64,000 nucleotides of DNA, taken from positions 636,068-700,067 of the forward strand of contig JAGWHD010000001.1 in assembly GCA_028866995.1 (NCBI GenBank). The letters run 5' to 3'. The notes under the pieces are model-generated. The model saw nothing but the letters and a program-made list of their open reading frames with translations. It did not search any database and was not told where the DNA came from. This stretch comes from Candidatus Micrarchaeota archaeon. Lineage in GTDB: Archaea > Micrarchaeota > Micrarchaeia > Micrarchaeales > CABMGC01. The position numbers and the translations under genes were made by a program. Shown in pieces: positions 50,166-60,540 of this stretch; position 1 is the stretch's first letter; every line of letters starts with the position of its first letter.

Positions 50166-51236
50166 ATGCCGACAATATCGAACGGAATAGCATCAAGAGG
50201 CTATGCGACAAGGAGCCCCAATGGCAAGCTTGCGCCGTTCAACTTCATGCGCAGGCCCGTAGGAAAGGCCGACGTGCTCATAGACATAATGTACTGCGGG
50301 ATATGCCATTCGGACATACACTCGGCAAGATCCGAATGGAGAGGATCCGCGTATCCGGTCGTTCCGGGCCATGAGATTGTAGGGAAGGTCTCTGCAGTGG
50401 GCCAATCCGTCAGGAAGTTCAGGAAAGGCGACATAGTGGGCGTAGGGTGCATGGTCGGCTCGTGCGGAAAATGCAAATACTGCAAGGAAGGTCACGAATA
50501 CAACTGCGTAGAAGGCGGACCAATCTGGACATATGGTTCCTACGACAAGCATACCAAAGGACATACCTTCGGCGGATACTCCAACAACATAGTCGTTGAC
50601 CAGGGATTCGTCCTCAGGATACCCAAGGGGATGGACCTTGCGAGGACAGCGCCGCTCATGTGCGCAGGCACGACGACATACACCCCATTGAGCTACTGGA
50701 AGGTCAAGAAGGGGCAGACTGTAGGGGTCCTCGGACTAGGAGGCCTCGGCCACGTCGCGGTCAAGATAGCGAAATCGATGGGCGCAAAGGTGATTGTGCT
50801 GACATCCTCAAAGAACAAGGTAAAGGACGCGTTGAGGCTGGGAGCAAGCGCAGCGCTGCTCACAAGCGACAGGAAGCAGATGGAGAGGCACAATGACAGC
50901 TTCGACCTGATAATAGACACTGTATCTGCAGACCACGATGTCAACTCGTTCATGCCATTGCTGAAGCTTGACGGCAAGCTGGTGCTGGTAGGGCTTCCGA
51001 GCAGTCCGCTGAAGGTGGCAGCTTTCTCGATAGTCGGAGGGCATAGGGCGCTTGCGGGATCTGGGCTAGGGGGAGTCGAGGAGACGCAGCAGATGCTGGA
51101 CTACTGCGCCAAGCACGGGATAGCTGCTGACATAGAGCTCATACCGATACAGAAAGTAAACGAGGCGTACGACAGGATCGTAAAAGGAGACGTCAAGTAC
51201 AGGTTCGTGATAGACCTGAAGTCGCTGAAGAAATGA
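50166..51236 (+). CDS. adh: Zinc-dependent alcohol dehydrogenase (cinnamyl-ADH/YahK-like)
   Basis: CGICHSDIH, GHEIVGKV, structural-zinc Cys cluster CGKCKYCKEGHEYNC, and NAD(P) motif GLGGLGH. Confidence 0.85.
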   Translation: MPTISNGIASRGYATRSPNGKLAPFNFMRRPVGKADVLIDIMYCGICHSDIHSARSEWRGSAYPVVPGHEIVGKVSAVGQSVRKFRKGDIVGVGCMVGSCGKCKYCKEGHEYNCVEGGPIWTYGSYDKHTKGHTFGGYSNNIVVDQGFVLRIPKGMDLARTAPLMCAGTTTYTPLSYWKVKKGQTVGVLGLGGLGHVAVKIAKSMGAKVIVLTSSKNKVKDALRLGASAALLTSDRKQMERHNDSFDLIIDTVSADHDVNSFMPLLKLDGKLVLVGLPSSPLKVAAFSIVGGHRALAGSGLGGVEETQQMLDYCAKHGIAADIELIPIQKVNEAYDRIVKGDVKYRFVIDLKSLKK

Positions 51237-51419
51237 AATGCCCTGCAGAAGATTTATATACCACATCGTGCTACACAATCTCAAGGATAACATGACAGCA
51301 CAAGAATCGGGCTACCTGTCCTGTGCAAGCATCAGTGTTATCTCCGGTTCTTCTTCATCCTCAGGAAGCTCAGCTTCATGCTAATTGGCATAAAGCTGGA
51401 ATAATTTTAAGGTGTCTTT

Positions 51420-52418
51420 ATGCCAATAACAAAACCCCTAGATAGAATGCCAGGTGCAGCGCAAGCCGCATTGAACGCCATAGTAGTTGACAAGGTCGAC
51501 AAGGAGATAGTCAGGGCACTGCGGAGAGAAGGCGTGCGCGTGAGAGAGGTACCTGGGATAAAGCGCGTCGAGCTGCTGAAGGAGATAGCGGGATACGAGA
51601 TACTGATAGGCAGGACGAGGCTTGCGGTGGACAGCGAGATGATAGAGCAGGGGAAGCGCCTCAGGATAGTGGGAAGGGCGGCTGTCGGGACCGACAACAT
51701 AGACTTCAAGACAGCTGAAAGGAACGGCATAAAGGTAGTCAACGCGCCTGGGGCTGCAACCGAATCGGTCGCAGAGCTTGCGCTGACGCTCACGTTCATG
51801 GCATTAAGAGGGGTATACAACGGCTCCGCGAAATTGAAGAACGGCGAGTTCCTCAAGAACAGCGGCCTGGAGCTTGCAGGCAAGACAATAGGCATAGTCG
51901 GCTTCGGAAGGATAGGTTCGAGGTTCGCGGAGCTGCTGCGCCCGTTCAACGTCACGATACTGGTCAACGACATCGCAAAGATGAACGGAGAGATAAAGAA
52001 CGCAGGAGCCACGTCCGTCGAGATGCATGAGCTGCTCGCGAGATCCGACATAGTCAGCCTTCACGTCAACATGGAGGTCAACAACGGAGCAATAATGGAT
52101 GATTCCTCTTTCGGAATCATGAAGGACGGTGCCATACTTGTGAATACGGTGAGGGCAAAGGCTGTCGACATGCACGCGCTGCAGAGGGCCCTGGACATCG
52201 GCAGGCTCGGGTTCTACGCGTCTGACGTGCTCTGGAATGAGCCGCCGAAGGAACCAGCAGAGCTGGAGATAATACAAAGAGAAAACGTCCTGATAACGCC
52301 GCACATAGGCGCGCAGACGACGGAAGCACAGGCAAGAGTCGCCGAGGTGATGATACCCGGCCTGCTTGAAGCGCTAAAAGGATTGGCCAGGGAAGAGGTC
52401 GTAATGGGGTTCGCGTAG
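51420..52418 (+). CDS. D-isomer-specific 2-hydroxyacid dehydrogenase (phosphoglycerate dehydrogenase-like)
   Basis: NAD-binding GIVGFGRIGS, a catalytic R/E/H-type region, and ITPHIGAQT. 332 aa. Confidence 0.8.
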   Translation: MPITKPLDRMPGAAQAALNAIVVDKVDKEIVRALRREGVRVREVPGIKRVELLKEIAGYEILIGRTRLAVDSEMIEQGKRLRIVGRAAVGTDNIDFKTAERNGIKVVNAPGAATESVAELALTLTFMALRGVYNGSAKLKNGEFLKNSGLELAGKTIGIVGFGRIGSRFAELLRPFNVTILVNDIAKMNGEIKNAGATSVEMHELLARSDIVSLHVNMEVNNGAIMDDSSFGIMKDGAILVNTVRAKAVDMHALQRALDIGRLGFYASDVLWNEPPKEPAELEIIQRENVLITPHIGAQTTEAQARVAEVMIPGLLEALKGLAREEVVMGFA

Positions 52419-52440
52419 CCTTTTAATCCCTCAGCATCAA

Positions 52441-52995
52441 ATGTCTGTCATGGACCGAGTTTACATACTGCACGGATGGGAAGGCAGCCCTGATGGCAAC
52501 TGGTTCCAGTGGTTGAAGACCAAGTTGGAGGAGCGCGGCATCGAAGTCGATGTACCCTCATTTCCAGATCCAGCGCATCCGGACATGGACGCGTGGCTCG
52601 TAAAGCTGCGCGAGGCGGTGGGGAAACCAGATGGCAGATGCTATTTCGTGGGCCACAGCCTTGGCAGCATAACCATACTCAGATACCTTGAAGCTCTAGA
52701 TGGTGATGCGCATATAGGAGGATCGGTCCTTGTTGCAGGCTTCACCGATGACCTCGGCATCAAGGAGCTGGCCGGCTTCTACAGGAAACCGATAGAATGG
52801 GACAGGATAAGGGGCGCGTGCGGCAGGTTCGTCGTGATAGCCTCTGACGACGACCAATACGTGCCACTCAGGCACGCTGACATCCTTGAGAATGAGCTGC
52901 GCGCAAAGAAGATAATAGAGCCAAACATGGGGCACTTCAACATGAAGGAGCTGCATGTTGTCCTCAACGAGCTGCTGAAGATAATGCAGGGCTAG
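52441..52995 (+). CDS. YdeN/RBBP9-family alpha/beta serine hydrolase
   Basis: VYILHGWEGSPDGNWFQWL and nucleophile elbow GHSLGS. 184 aa. Confidence 0.7.
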   Translation: MSVMDRVYILHGWEGSPDGNWFQWLKTKLEERGIEVDVPSFPDPAHPDMDAWLVKLREAVGKPDGRCYFVGHSLGSITILRYLEALDGDAHIGGSVLVAGFTDDLGIKELAGFYRKPIEWDRIRGACGRFVVIASDDDQYVPLRHADILENELRAKKIIEPNMGHFNMKELHVVLNELLKIMQG

Positions 52996-53588
52996 CGCTT
53001 CTTCTTTCCGCTCTTAGCGAAGGACCACCATTCCTTGTAGTGTGTGTTTCCTGCAAGCTTCATAAGCTTCCTTCCAGACTTTGTCTTGACCAGGGAATCA
53101 GAGTTGTCCTTCCATTCCTTCAGCGCCTGCTTCGGATATCCCTGCAGCTCATACTCGTGCGCCTGGAGAAACATCTCTACCTTGTCGGCGTCCATCGCCA
53201 CCCTAGCCTCCTTTGTCTTTGCGGCGTGCCATTCGTCAAGCAACTGCCCCATCTCTTTCCTCATCCCGCTCGGAAGCGACCTTACGAAATCCTTCTCGGC
53301 CTTCAGTTCTCCTTCATTCTTGCCCAAGTAGTAAATGTTCACTATGTTCAAGTCCGATATTCTCGCCTCGGCGAAGTCATGCACAAGGCACATCTTGACA
53401 ACTTTGTCCGCATCAGCGCCCTCCATATCAGCGAGGACCCACCCTACCAGGGCAGTCCTCATGCTGTGGTCCGCGACGCTTTCAGGAATCCTGACCCCGA
53501 GCTTCATCCATCCGCTCCTTGGAGTGTTCTTGAGTGAACCCGCCTCGAAAAGAAAATTCACTATGCCTCTCATACCTGCGTCATCCAT
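52992..53588 (-). CDS. HD-domain 5'-deoxynucleotidase (YfbR-like)
   Basis: LKNTPRSGW, ESVADHS and LVHDFAEARISD motifs. 198 aa. Confidence 0.75.
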   Translation of the reverse strand: MDDAGMRGIVNFLFEAGSLKNTPRSGWMKLGVRIPESVADHSMRTALVGWVLADMEGADADKVVKMCLVHDFAEARISDLNIVNIYYLGKNEGELKAEKDFVRSLPSGMRKEMGQLLDEWHAAKTKEARVAMDADKVEMFLQAHEYELQGYPKQALKEWKDNSDSLVKTKSGRKLMKLAGNTHYKEWWSFAKSGKKKR

Positions 53589-53732
53589 TGCAAAACCAGG
53601 CGCAACTGATTGCGCAGAAATATTTCAATATCCACGATTATTAACCTTGCGAGCGCATGCGCGCGAAGCCGTTTCTGCAGAATAGCTTTAAAAACGTATT
53701 TCCATCTACATCTTTCTGGATTGGCGACCAAA

Positions 53733-54170
53733 ATGGTAGAAGCAGTTGTTCAATTACGAAGACCCACCAAGGAGTATAACGGATCCAGGGATCCTTACCT
53801 TCAGCTAAACCTGCGTCTTGCAAACCAGACCAAAGACCTCTTCACTGCCAACAAGTACAGGCGCGAGGTTATAAGGAGGGCCGACGAGCTAGGCTACAAG
53901 CCGCCCAAAAAGATGCTCGAGCACTTTGCCAAATGCTTCTACTGGGAGGGTTACCTGCGCGAGCAAAGACATGCGCTGCTGCAGGCTGCCGATGCCTATG
54001 ATATCGCATCGAACCTTGCAAGCAGGATAGGGAAAGCAGAGCTCATTAGAAAATACGATGCGAACGCCAAGAGGCTGTCCAGGATAAGGGACGAAATACT
54101 CCTCAAAGAAATAAGACGAGGACGCGGGGATACGACCCAAGCCGCTGGAGAGTATCTAGACGCTGCTTAA
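53733..54170 (+). CDS. Hypothetical protein (145 aa from the internal ATG)
   Basis: ORF 53610..54170. The ATG at 53733 (MVEAVVQLRRPTKEY) follows an AT-rich ctttaaaaacg element. No family recognised. Confidence 0.35.
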   Translation: MVEAVVQLRRPTKEYNGSRDPYLQLNLRLANQTKDLFTANKYRREVIRRADELGYKPPKKMLEHFAKCFYWEGYLREQRHALLQAADAYDIASNLASRIGKAELIRKYDANAKRLSRIRDEILLKEIRRGRGDTTQAAGEYLDAA

Positions 54171-54172
54171 TG

Positions 54173-56128
54173 CTACTTGAAGCGTATAGAGTCCAGGTTC
54201 ATCGGCGCCCTTGACTCCACTCTCATCATGTTGCCGACCGTCCTTGCGAGGTCCTCGCACTTTGACTCCTCTCCGTGCATGGTGAATATCTTCTTCGCGT
54301 AAGGCCTCAGGTTCCTTACGAAATCGAGCAGCTGCGCCCTGTCGCTGTGCCCCGAGAATCCTTCAACGGTCCTTACCTGCATGTTTATCTTGAAGTTTGT
54401 CAGCTTTCCGTCCTCGCCAGGCAATGCGACCTCGCGCAGCCTGTTCTGTATCCTCCTCCCAAGCGAGTTCGAGCTGTTGAACCCCACGAAGACTATCATG
54501 TTCTTCTGGTCCTCTGCAAGGCTCTTGAAGTACTCGAGGCTCGCGCCTCCGTTGAGCATGCCACCGCTCGCGAGTATGACGGAAGGGCCCTTGTCCAGTA
54601 TCTCGCTCTTCTCCCCTTTCGCTATCTGGAATATCTCGCTCTCAAAAGGAGAGTTGTTGTTGAGTATCCTCTGCTGTATGCCCATCTTAAGGTACTCTGG
54701 ATATGCTGTGTGTATCGCGCTCGCCTCAAGGATCATCCCGTCGAGGTATATCGGAGCGTCTATCTTGTACTTGGGGTTGTTGGTCATGTAGCTCTCGAGC
54801 ACAAGCTGCAGCTCCTGGCTCCTTCCCACTGCGAACAGCGGTATCAGCACCTTGCCGCCGTTCATGACCGTGTTCTTTATCGCCTCGAGCAGCTCTATCT
54901 CAGCGTTCTTCCTGTTGGGCGTTATGTCGTTAGGACCGCCGTATGTGCTCTCCATGAAGAGCGCGTCTATCCTTGGATACCTCGTATCGGCCTCGTCCAG
55001 AAGCCTCGTGAAGCCGTACTTCATGTCTCCGGTGCTGACTATGTTGTACAGGCCGTCCCCTATGTGGAGGTGGACTGTACCGCTGCCGAGTATGTGGCCG
55101 GCGTTGTGGTATGTCAGCTTTATCTCATCGGTGACATTGGTGACCTCGCCGTAATCCCTGGTTATCGTATGCATGAGCATTGTCTTGACGTCCTTCTCGT
55201 TGTATAGCGGAGTCCCTCCGGTCTTGTTGACCAGCCTCACGTAGTCGTAGAGCAGCAGCGCCGCTATGTCCCTGGTAGGCGGCGTGCAGTAGACGGGTCC
55301 TGTGTACCCGAACTTGTAGAGGTACGGAACGAACCCTATGTGGTCCATGTGCCCGTGCGTGAGTATGACTGCGTCTATGTCATTCATGGTGAGGTTGACG
55401 TTGCTGAGATACGGGTACGCCTTGTTCTCCCCGTTGCCTGACGCGTTGGCGTCAGCGCCCTTTATCCCCGGCTCGGGGCTTATGCCGCAGTCCACAAGTA
55501 TCTTGGAATGGTTGGTCTCTATGAGCAGGCACGACCTTCCCACCTCCTTGAAGCCTCCCAGAGCGGTGGCCTTTATCCACTCGTTCTTGACAACTACCCT
55601 GTTTATCTTCTTGCCTATAGTCGTCAGGAACTTCTTCCTGAAGGGGCTCTCCTTGAACATGAGCTGCCTGACGCCCTTTATGACGTCGCTGTTCATCGTC
55701 GGTATCCTGAGCACCTTCGGTATCCATCCTGTCTCGGTTATTATCTTGACCAGCGTCGAGCCCTGCTTGCCTATGACAAGCCCTGGCTTCATCGCCTCTA
55801 TGTAGACTTCGCAGAACTCGGGGGAGAACCTTATGCCCTCCTCGTTGACTCCGGCATCCTCGGGCAGCAGCTCCTTTATCTTCTTCCTCGCATCCTCAGG
55901 ATCCATCAGCTTGTTGGCCTTTGACCTGACGATGAGCCTCTTCTTTACCGCTACCGATATGTTCCTTATCGTGTTCTCGTCGCGGTAGACCGCTGCGACG
56001 TTCTCCACGTAGACGGCCACATCGGGCCCCTCGAACTCGACGTCTATGTTGCCGGCTTCTGAGGGCATCAGCCCCTTTACCTTCTCCAGAATCTCTTTGT
56101 TGTACTCTTCCTCGCCCACTTTCATCAC
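54173..56128 (-). CDS. Archaeal CPSF1-type beta-CASP ribonuclease with N-terminal KH domains (aCPSF1/FttA)
   Basis: 651 aa. Metallo-beta-lactamase motif THGHMDHIG, beta-CASP region, N-terminal KH-like ~180 aa. Confidence 0.9.
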   Translation of the reverse strand: MMKVGEEEYNKEILEKVKGLMPSEAGNIDVEFEGPDVAVYVENVAAVYRDENTIRNISVAVKKRLIVRSKANKLMDPEDARKKIKELLPEDAGVNEEGIRFSPEFCEVYIEAMKPGLVIGKQGSTLVKIITETGWIPKVLRIPTMNSDVIKGVRQLMFKESPFRKKFLTTIGKKINRVVVKNEWIKATALGGFKEVGRSCLLIETNHSKILVDCGISPEPGIKGADANASGNGENKAYPYLSNVNLTMNDIDAVILTHGHMDHIGFVPYLYKFGYTGPVYCTPPTRDIAALLLYDYVRLVNKTGGTPLYNEKDVKTMLMHTITRDYGEVTNVTDEIKLTYHNAGHILGSGTVHLHIGDGLYNIVSTGDMKYGFTRLLDEADTRYPRIDALFMESTYGGPNDITPNRKNAEIELLEAIKNTVMNGGKVLIPLFAVGRSQELQLVLESYMTNNPKYKIDAPIYLDGMILEASAIHTAYPEYLKMGIQQRILNNNSPFESEIFQIAKGEKSEILDKGPSVILASGGMLNGGASLEYFKSLAEDQKNMIVFVGFNSSNSLGRRIQNRLREVALPGEDGKLTNFKINMQVRTVEGFSGHSDRAQLLDFVRNLRPYAKKIFTMHGEESKCEDLARTVGNMMRVESRAPMNLDSIRFK

Positions 56129-56191
56129 AGAATATGCTTTGGCATCTGGTTAGCAACGTTTCAGAATCGTCATGGCGCTGCGCACCGCCGC

Positions 56192-56833
56192 TTACTTCGC
56201 AGTGTTGAGCTTGTCAAGCTCCTCTTTAGTGTACTCCTTGAAGCCCTTCTTCGATATGGACACTATCCTCGTGCCGTCGCCCGTGGCAGCATCGCGCTTC
56301 ATCGCTATCCTGAGAGCCTTGGACACGTGCCTTACCGCTTCCTGCGTTGTCAACTCGCTGTTGTATACGCTCTCTATGTATCCCAGGGCCGTCGGGGAGC
56401 CGCTTCCCGTCGCTGTGAACTTGCTCTCCTTGGTGTATCCCCCGACCATGTCAATGTTGAATATCTCATGAGCGCCCTTGTTCACCCCTCCTATGACCAG
56501 GCCGACGAAGAACGGGTACATCTTGTTCTCCTGGAGTATGAGCGACAGCAGTGAGGTCGCTGAGGTCGGCGAAAGCGGCCTTCCCTCGTTCATCCTGTAC
56601 ATCTCGTCGTGCATCTTGAGCAGCTTTACCAGGTACTCCGCATCGCCTACTCCTCCAGCAATGGTCATCGCGAGGCCGTCATTGATCTTGTATATCTTTA
56701 TCGCCTCGGAGCTGGATATGAAAGTATCCATCGTCGCCCTTGCGTCAGCGCCCATCACGACGCCGTCGCTGCAGACTATCCCAATCGTTGTCGTACCCTT
56801 CTTTATTGCTTCGTAGTGTTCCCTATCAACCAT
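56192..56833 (-). CDS. psmB: Proteasome beta subunit
   Basis: Propeptide followed by the active-site TTTIGIVCSDGVVMGADARAT. 213 aa. Confidence 0.9.
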   Translation of the reverse strand: MVDREHYEAIKKGTTTIGIVCSDGVVMGADARATMDTFISSSEAIKIYKINDGLAMTIAGGVGDAEYLVKLLKMHDEMYRMNEGRPLSPTSATSLLSLILQENKMYPFFVGLVIGGVNKGAHEIFNIDMVGGYTKESKFTATGSGSPTALGYIESVYNSELTTQEAVRHVSKALRIAMKRDAATGDGTRIVSISKKGFKEYTKEELDKLNTAK

Positions 56834-56874
56834 TTAGACACCATGAAATAGAAAATGAAAAATAAAAATAACCG

Positions 56875-57111
56875 TTATACTAATAGAGTACCATTACCTA
56901 TAAAAGGCTTGCTATTATCCGTCGGCTCGGCGTACGCGAACGCCTCATGGGTCTTCGTTATCCTCACCTTGTACGTCTTCCCTATCCTTGACTTCGCGTT
57001 CCTGACGAAGACAACGATGTTGTTTATCCTTCCTATCCCTTCACCATGAGGATTCTTTGCAGAGATCTTCAGGTCGTACATTTCGCCCTCTACCAATTCT
57101 TCCATTCCCAT
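56875..57111 (-). CDS. TRAM-domain protein
   Basis: 78 aa. GEMYDLKISAKNPHGEGIGRINNIVVFVRNAKSRIGKTYKVRITKTHEAFAYAE is a typical stand-alone archaeal TRAM. Confidence 0.75.
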   Translation of the reverse strand: MGMEELVEGEMYDLKISAKNPHGEGIGRINNIVVFVRNAKSRIGKTYKVRITKTHEAFAYAEPTDNSKPFIGNGTLLV

Positions 57112-57223
57112 TTCTCACACCTATAAGCATTTACCCAATGCCCTAATACCCGAATGATAAAACGCAAAGAAGCTATTTAAAGCTATTCTGCAGGTCTAGG
57201 CATTGACGTCGGAACAGATGGCG

Positions 57224-59569
57224 TCAGGATGCGCTGCGCGATACGGTTATGTTTCTCATCCCGAACTGGAAGTAGGAAGATGTGCTGCTCTGGTTGATGC
57301 CGAATAAGGAAGTGCCGTTGGTGACGAGGAACGCAATCTGGCTGTATCCCTGCGGCAGCACGACGTCGACAGAATAGCCCACGCTCCTGTTGGTCAGCTG
57401 CACGCTGCCCACCTGCTGGTTGGCCAGGTATATGCCCAGCTGCGCGCTTCCTGTGTAAGAAGCCGCTTGGAACGATACCTTGGCCTTTGTGACTCCGGGA
57501 GCGTATACGCCTATGCCCCTATATCCGTTGCCGAACCACATGGTCTCTGTATCCGTATTGCAGTACAATGCCTGGCACACTGCGAATCCAGGCTGCCAGT
57601 TGCCGAGCGCATACGAGACTATGGCGTTGCCCGTCATGTTGGCTATCGCGGCGCTGGTCTCGAACACGAATGTTGTGTTGTCCTGGTACACAGGCGCGCC
57701 CATCATGCCATAGAGGTACGAGTATAGCATCTGCTGCTCGGAGAGCGTGTATGCGCTCCTTGCAACTGCGACATACGCGACCCTGTCGTTCAGGATCCAG
57801 AAGAGGGTAGCGTTCGTAACGTTCTGCGATATAGGGGACGGATAGACGAGCCCCTGCCCATACTGCAGGTACAGCGCCTGCACCGCAAGCGGTATGTACT
57901 CTACTGAAAGCTGCTGCGAGGTGTTGACCCTTGTGGCGTAGCCGCCGATTATCGGCTTCTTGAGATCCGTGACATAGTAAGTTGCTATTCCTGGATATAA
58001 CTGCGGCGTAGAGGAGTTCTGGTTCGTTATTATCGGTAACTGCAATACGGAGAAGTTGCCCTGCACATGCCCTATCTCGGCATATGCCTTGGGTATGATT
58101 GTGGACATCGTCAGCGAGTTGGCGAAGGAGCCCGAGAGCGGCATGCCGTTGTATTCAATAAGTATAATGACTGCGATTATCGCCATGTACTTGAGCGAGT
58201 CGGTCTTGCTCCTGTTCTTGGATATGTGCGAGAAGCCCATGGCTGCGAGTATCGCAAGCGCAACAGTAGCTACGATATCGAACCTTCCAGGCTCTCTTAT
58301 CAGGTTGAATATCGGTATGTGCGAGTAGAGCGCGTATATTCCCGGTATGGTAGTGGCATTGGAGTAGACCTGGAGATAGGGTCCTAGCGAGAGGAGCGCA
58401 TAAACAGCAAGCGTCACTATCCATAGAACCGAGTTCCTCAGTTTGTGGTGCTTGTAGTCGTAGTATATGGCTATCAGGATCAGCGCAAGCACAGAGTATC
58501 CTACATAAGATGTCCTTTCCGCTATGTCTGGCAGCGACGTAGCCCCTGCAATTGTCAGGCTGTATATCTTGCCTGCGTAAGAGGCGCTTAGGCCATGGAA
58601 TATGCCGTTGTAATATCCCGGAAGGAAGAACGAGGCAAGGTCGTTGCTCCATAGCATGCTGCTTATGGTGGAGGTGCCTGCCTGCGCCGTGCCCAGCTGC
58701 GAGCCTACATTTGGAAGTATGAACACCAGGAACGGAGAGGCGATTACCAGGAAAGACAACGGTATGACTGCGAGCCTTGTAACCGTCTGAACGTTGAGCA
58801 GCATCTCGCGGTAGCGCTTCATCGCCAGCATTATGGCGAGAGTCGTTATCGTGAAGAACGCTACGAGCACGCCCTGCTGAAGGTCTCCCATGAAACTGAC
58901 CAGGACCAAGGAAAGGCCTGCAAGCAGAGGATACTCGAACCTTTTCTCCTCAACGGTCTTGAACAGAAGGAGCGCGTACAGCGGTATCCACTCTATGATC
59001 GTCCAGTCGAGGTGCGCATACGCGTGCGCTATGTGTATCGGGCTGAACGCGTAGACAAGGCCTGCGAGGAACGCCGCGTGCCTGTTCCTGATGAAGTGCT
59101 CAGAGAGCATGAACATGAATATGCCTGAAAGGGCGAAGCTGGTGAAGAATAAAACGTTGTACGCCAGCGCGCTGCTGACCCACCATACAGGAGCGACCAG
59201 TATGCCAGCCAAAGGAGTCATCGTCTGCGTCACGAAGTTCGCGCCGATAGGATAGTACAGGAGGCTGGTGAAGTATGGCGACTGGTGCAGGCTGAATATC
59301 GAGTACGGGACCCACCAGAGGTTGAAGAGGCTCTGGTACCCGTCCGCAGTGGCGTTGACTATCCTGGAAGTGGCATTCACGGTGACCTGCCAGAACATGA
59401 CGAGCGCGATGAGAAGATACAATCCGAAGGCTACGTAATAGGTCCTGTTCCTGGAGATGTGGTGGCGAATCCCTACTTGCCTGTGCGCCTCGTGCGCCTG
59501 CGGCGCCTCGGAAGTCTCGGCCGTATGCGTCACATGCCCAGCATTAGTCTCTTCCATGGTAACCTTCAC
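57224..59569 (-). CDS. Large polytopic membrane protein, GT-C glycosyltransferase-like (YfhO-like), with a ~300-aa extracytoplasmic C-terminal domain
   Basis: 781 aa, more than 12 TM. No WWDYG motif, so probably not AglB/STT3. The family call is tentative. Confidence 0.4.
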   Translation of the reverse strand: MKVTMEETNAGHVTHTAETSEAPQAHEAHRQVGIRHHISRNRTYYVAFGLYLLIALVMFWQVTVNATSRIVNATADGYQSLFNLWWVPYSIFSLHQSPYFTSLLYYPIGANFVTQTMTPLAGILVAPVWWVSSALAYNVLFFTSFALSGIFMFMLSEHFIRNRHAAFLAGLVYAFSPIHIAHAYAHLDWTIIEWIPLYALLLFKTVEEKRFEYPLLAGLSLVLVSFMGDLQQGVLVAFFTITTLAIMLAMKRYREMLLNVQTVTRLAVIPLSFLVIASPFLVFILPNVGSQLGTAQAGTSTISSMLWSNDLASFFLPGYYNGIFHGLSASYAGKIYSLTIAGATSLPDIAERTSYVGYSVLALILIAIYYDYKHHKLRNSVLWIVTLAVYALLSLGPYLQVYSNATTIPGIYALYSHIPIFNLIREPGRFDIVATVALAILAAMGFSHISKNRSKTDSLKYMAIIAVIILIEYNGMPLSGSFANSLTMSTIIPKAYAEIGHVQGNFSVLQLPIITNQNSSTPQLYPGIATYYVTDLKKPIIGGYATRVNTSQQLSVEYIPLAVQALYLQYGQGLVYPSPISQNVTNATLFWILNDRVAYVAVARSAYTLSEQQMLYSYLYGMMGAPVYQDNTTFVFETSAAIANMTGNAIVSYALGNWQPGFAVCQALYCNTDTETMWFGNGYRGIGVYAPGVTKAKVSFQAASYTGSAQLGIYLANQQVGSVQLTNRSVGYSVDVVLPQGYSQIAFLVTNGTSLFGINQSSTSSYFQFGMRNITVSRSAS

Positions 59570-59646
59570 GAAACAGTTATCGGGAACTATTGTTAATGCG
59601 AATCACAATTTATATATCTATACATGGATAGAGATGTGGGGGTAAA

Positions 59647-60540
59647 GTGAAGAACGTCATATCCTCGAGCGACTTCACTAGAAAGGAGATAGAGGAGATA
59701 TTTTCAGTTGCGGATTCTATAAAGAAGGGAAAGAGACCTAAGGTAAAAGGGGACAAGGTGGTCGCGCTGGCATTCTTCGAGCCGAGCACAAGGACATTCA
59801 CGAGCTTCGACGTTGCAGCGAAGAGGCTGGGGTTCCAGACTACGGGCTTCAGGTCCGAGCACGAGACCTCTGTGGCCAAGGAGGAGTCCTTCGCGGACAC
59901 GATGCGCATGCTCTCGTCATACGCGGACTGCCTCGTAATAAGGCACAGGTACGACGGCGCCGCGAAGTTCGCGTCGCAGATAACCGACAAGCCCGTGATA
60001 AACGCGGGAGACGGGAAGAGGGAGCATCCAACGCAGTCCCTCATGGACCTATATACTATAAGGGACGCTTTCGGCAAGATAGACGGACTCACGATCGGCA
60101 TAGTCGGGGACCTGAAGTACGGCAGAACGGTCCACAGCCTCATGTCGATGCTGACAGCGTTCAAGCCAAAGCGCGTGCACCTCGTGTCGCCGCTGCAGCT
60201 CATGCTCCCGCGCAACTTCCTGAAGGGGCTCAACTACCCTTACTCTGAGACGTCTGACCTCGGGAAGGTGATAGCGGATGTCGACGTATTGTATGCGACG
60301 AGGATACAGAAGGAGAGGTTCCCTGACGAGATGGAGTACAACAAGGTGAAGGAGAGCTACAGGATAGACTGCGAGACCGTCAAGAGGATGAAGGAGCGCG
60401 CCATAATACTGCACGCACTGCCCAGGATCACGGAGATAGCGAGGGAGGTCGACAGGACGAAGAACGCAAAATACTTCGAGCAGGCGCGCAACGGCGTGCC
60501 GATACGCATGGCCCTGTTCAGCAAGGTGCTGGGTGCATAG
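59647..60540 (+). CDS. pyrB: Aspartate carbamoyltransferase catalytic subunit
   Basis: FFEPSTRTFTSF, REHPTQSLMDL and HALPR motifs. GTG start. Confidence 0.95.
   Translation: MKNVISSSDFTRKEIEEIFSVADSIKKGKRPKVKGDKVVALAFFEPSTRTFTSFDVAAKRLGFQTTGFRSEHETSVAKEESFADTMRMLSSYADCLVIRHRYDGAAKFASQITDKPVINAGDGKREHPTQSLMDLYTIRDAFGKIDGLTIGIVGDLKYGRTVHSLMSMLTAFKPKRVHLVSPLQLMLPRNFLKGLNYPYSETSDLGKVIADVDVLYATRIQKERFPDEMEYNKVKESYRIDCETVKRMKERAIILHALPRITEIAREVDRTKNAKYFEQARNGVPIRMALFSKVLGA

Noticed and set aside
51237-51419. 183-nt gap between adh and the 2-hydroxyacid dehydrogenase gene, checked for small ORFs or RNA.
   Set aside because: It holds only 13-aa and 29-aa low-complexity ORFs and no convincing secondary-structure or tRNA-like features.
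57112-57223. Intergenic region scanned for a C/D-box sRNA (aatgataaa ... ttctgcagg).
   Set aside because: The candidate C box (TGATAA) and D box (CTGC) do not match the RUGAUGA/CUGA consensus, and no C'/D' pair is present.
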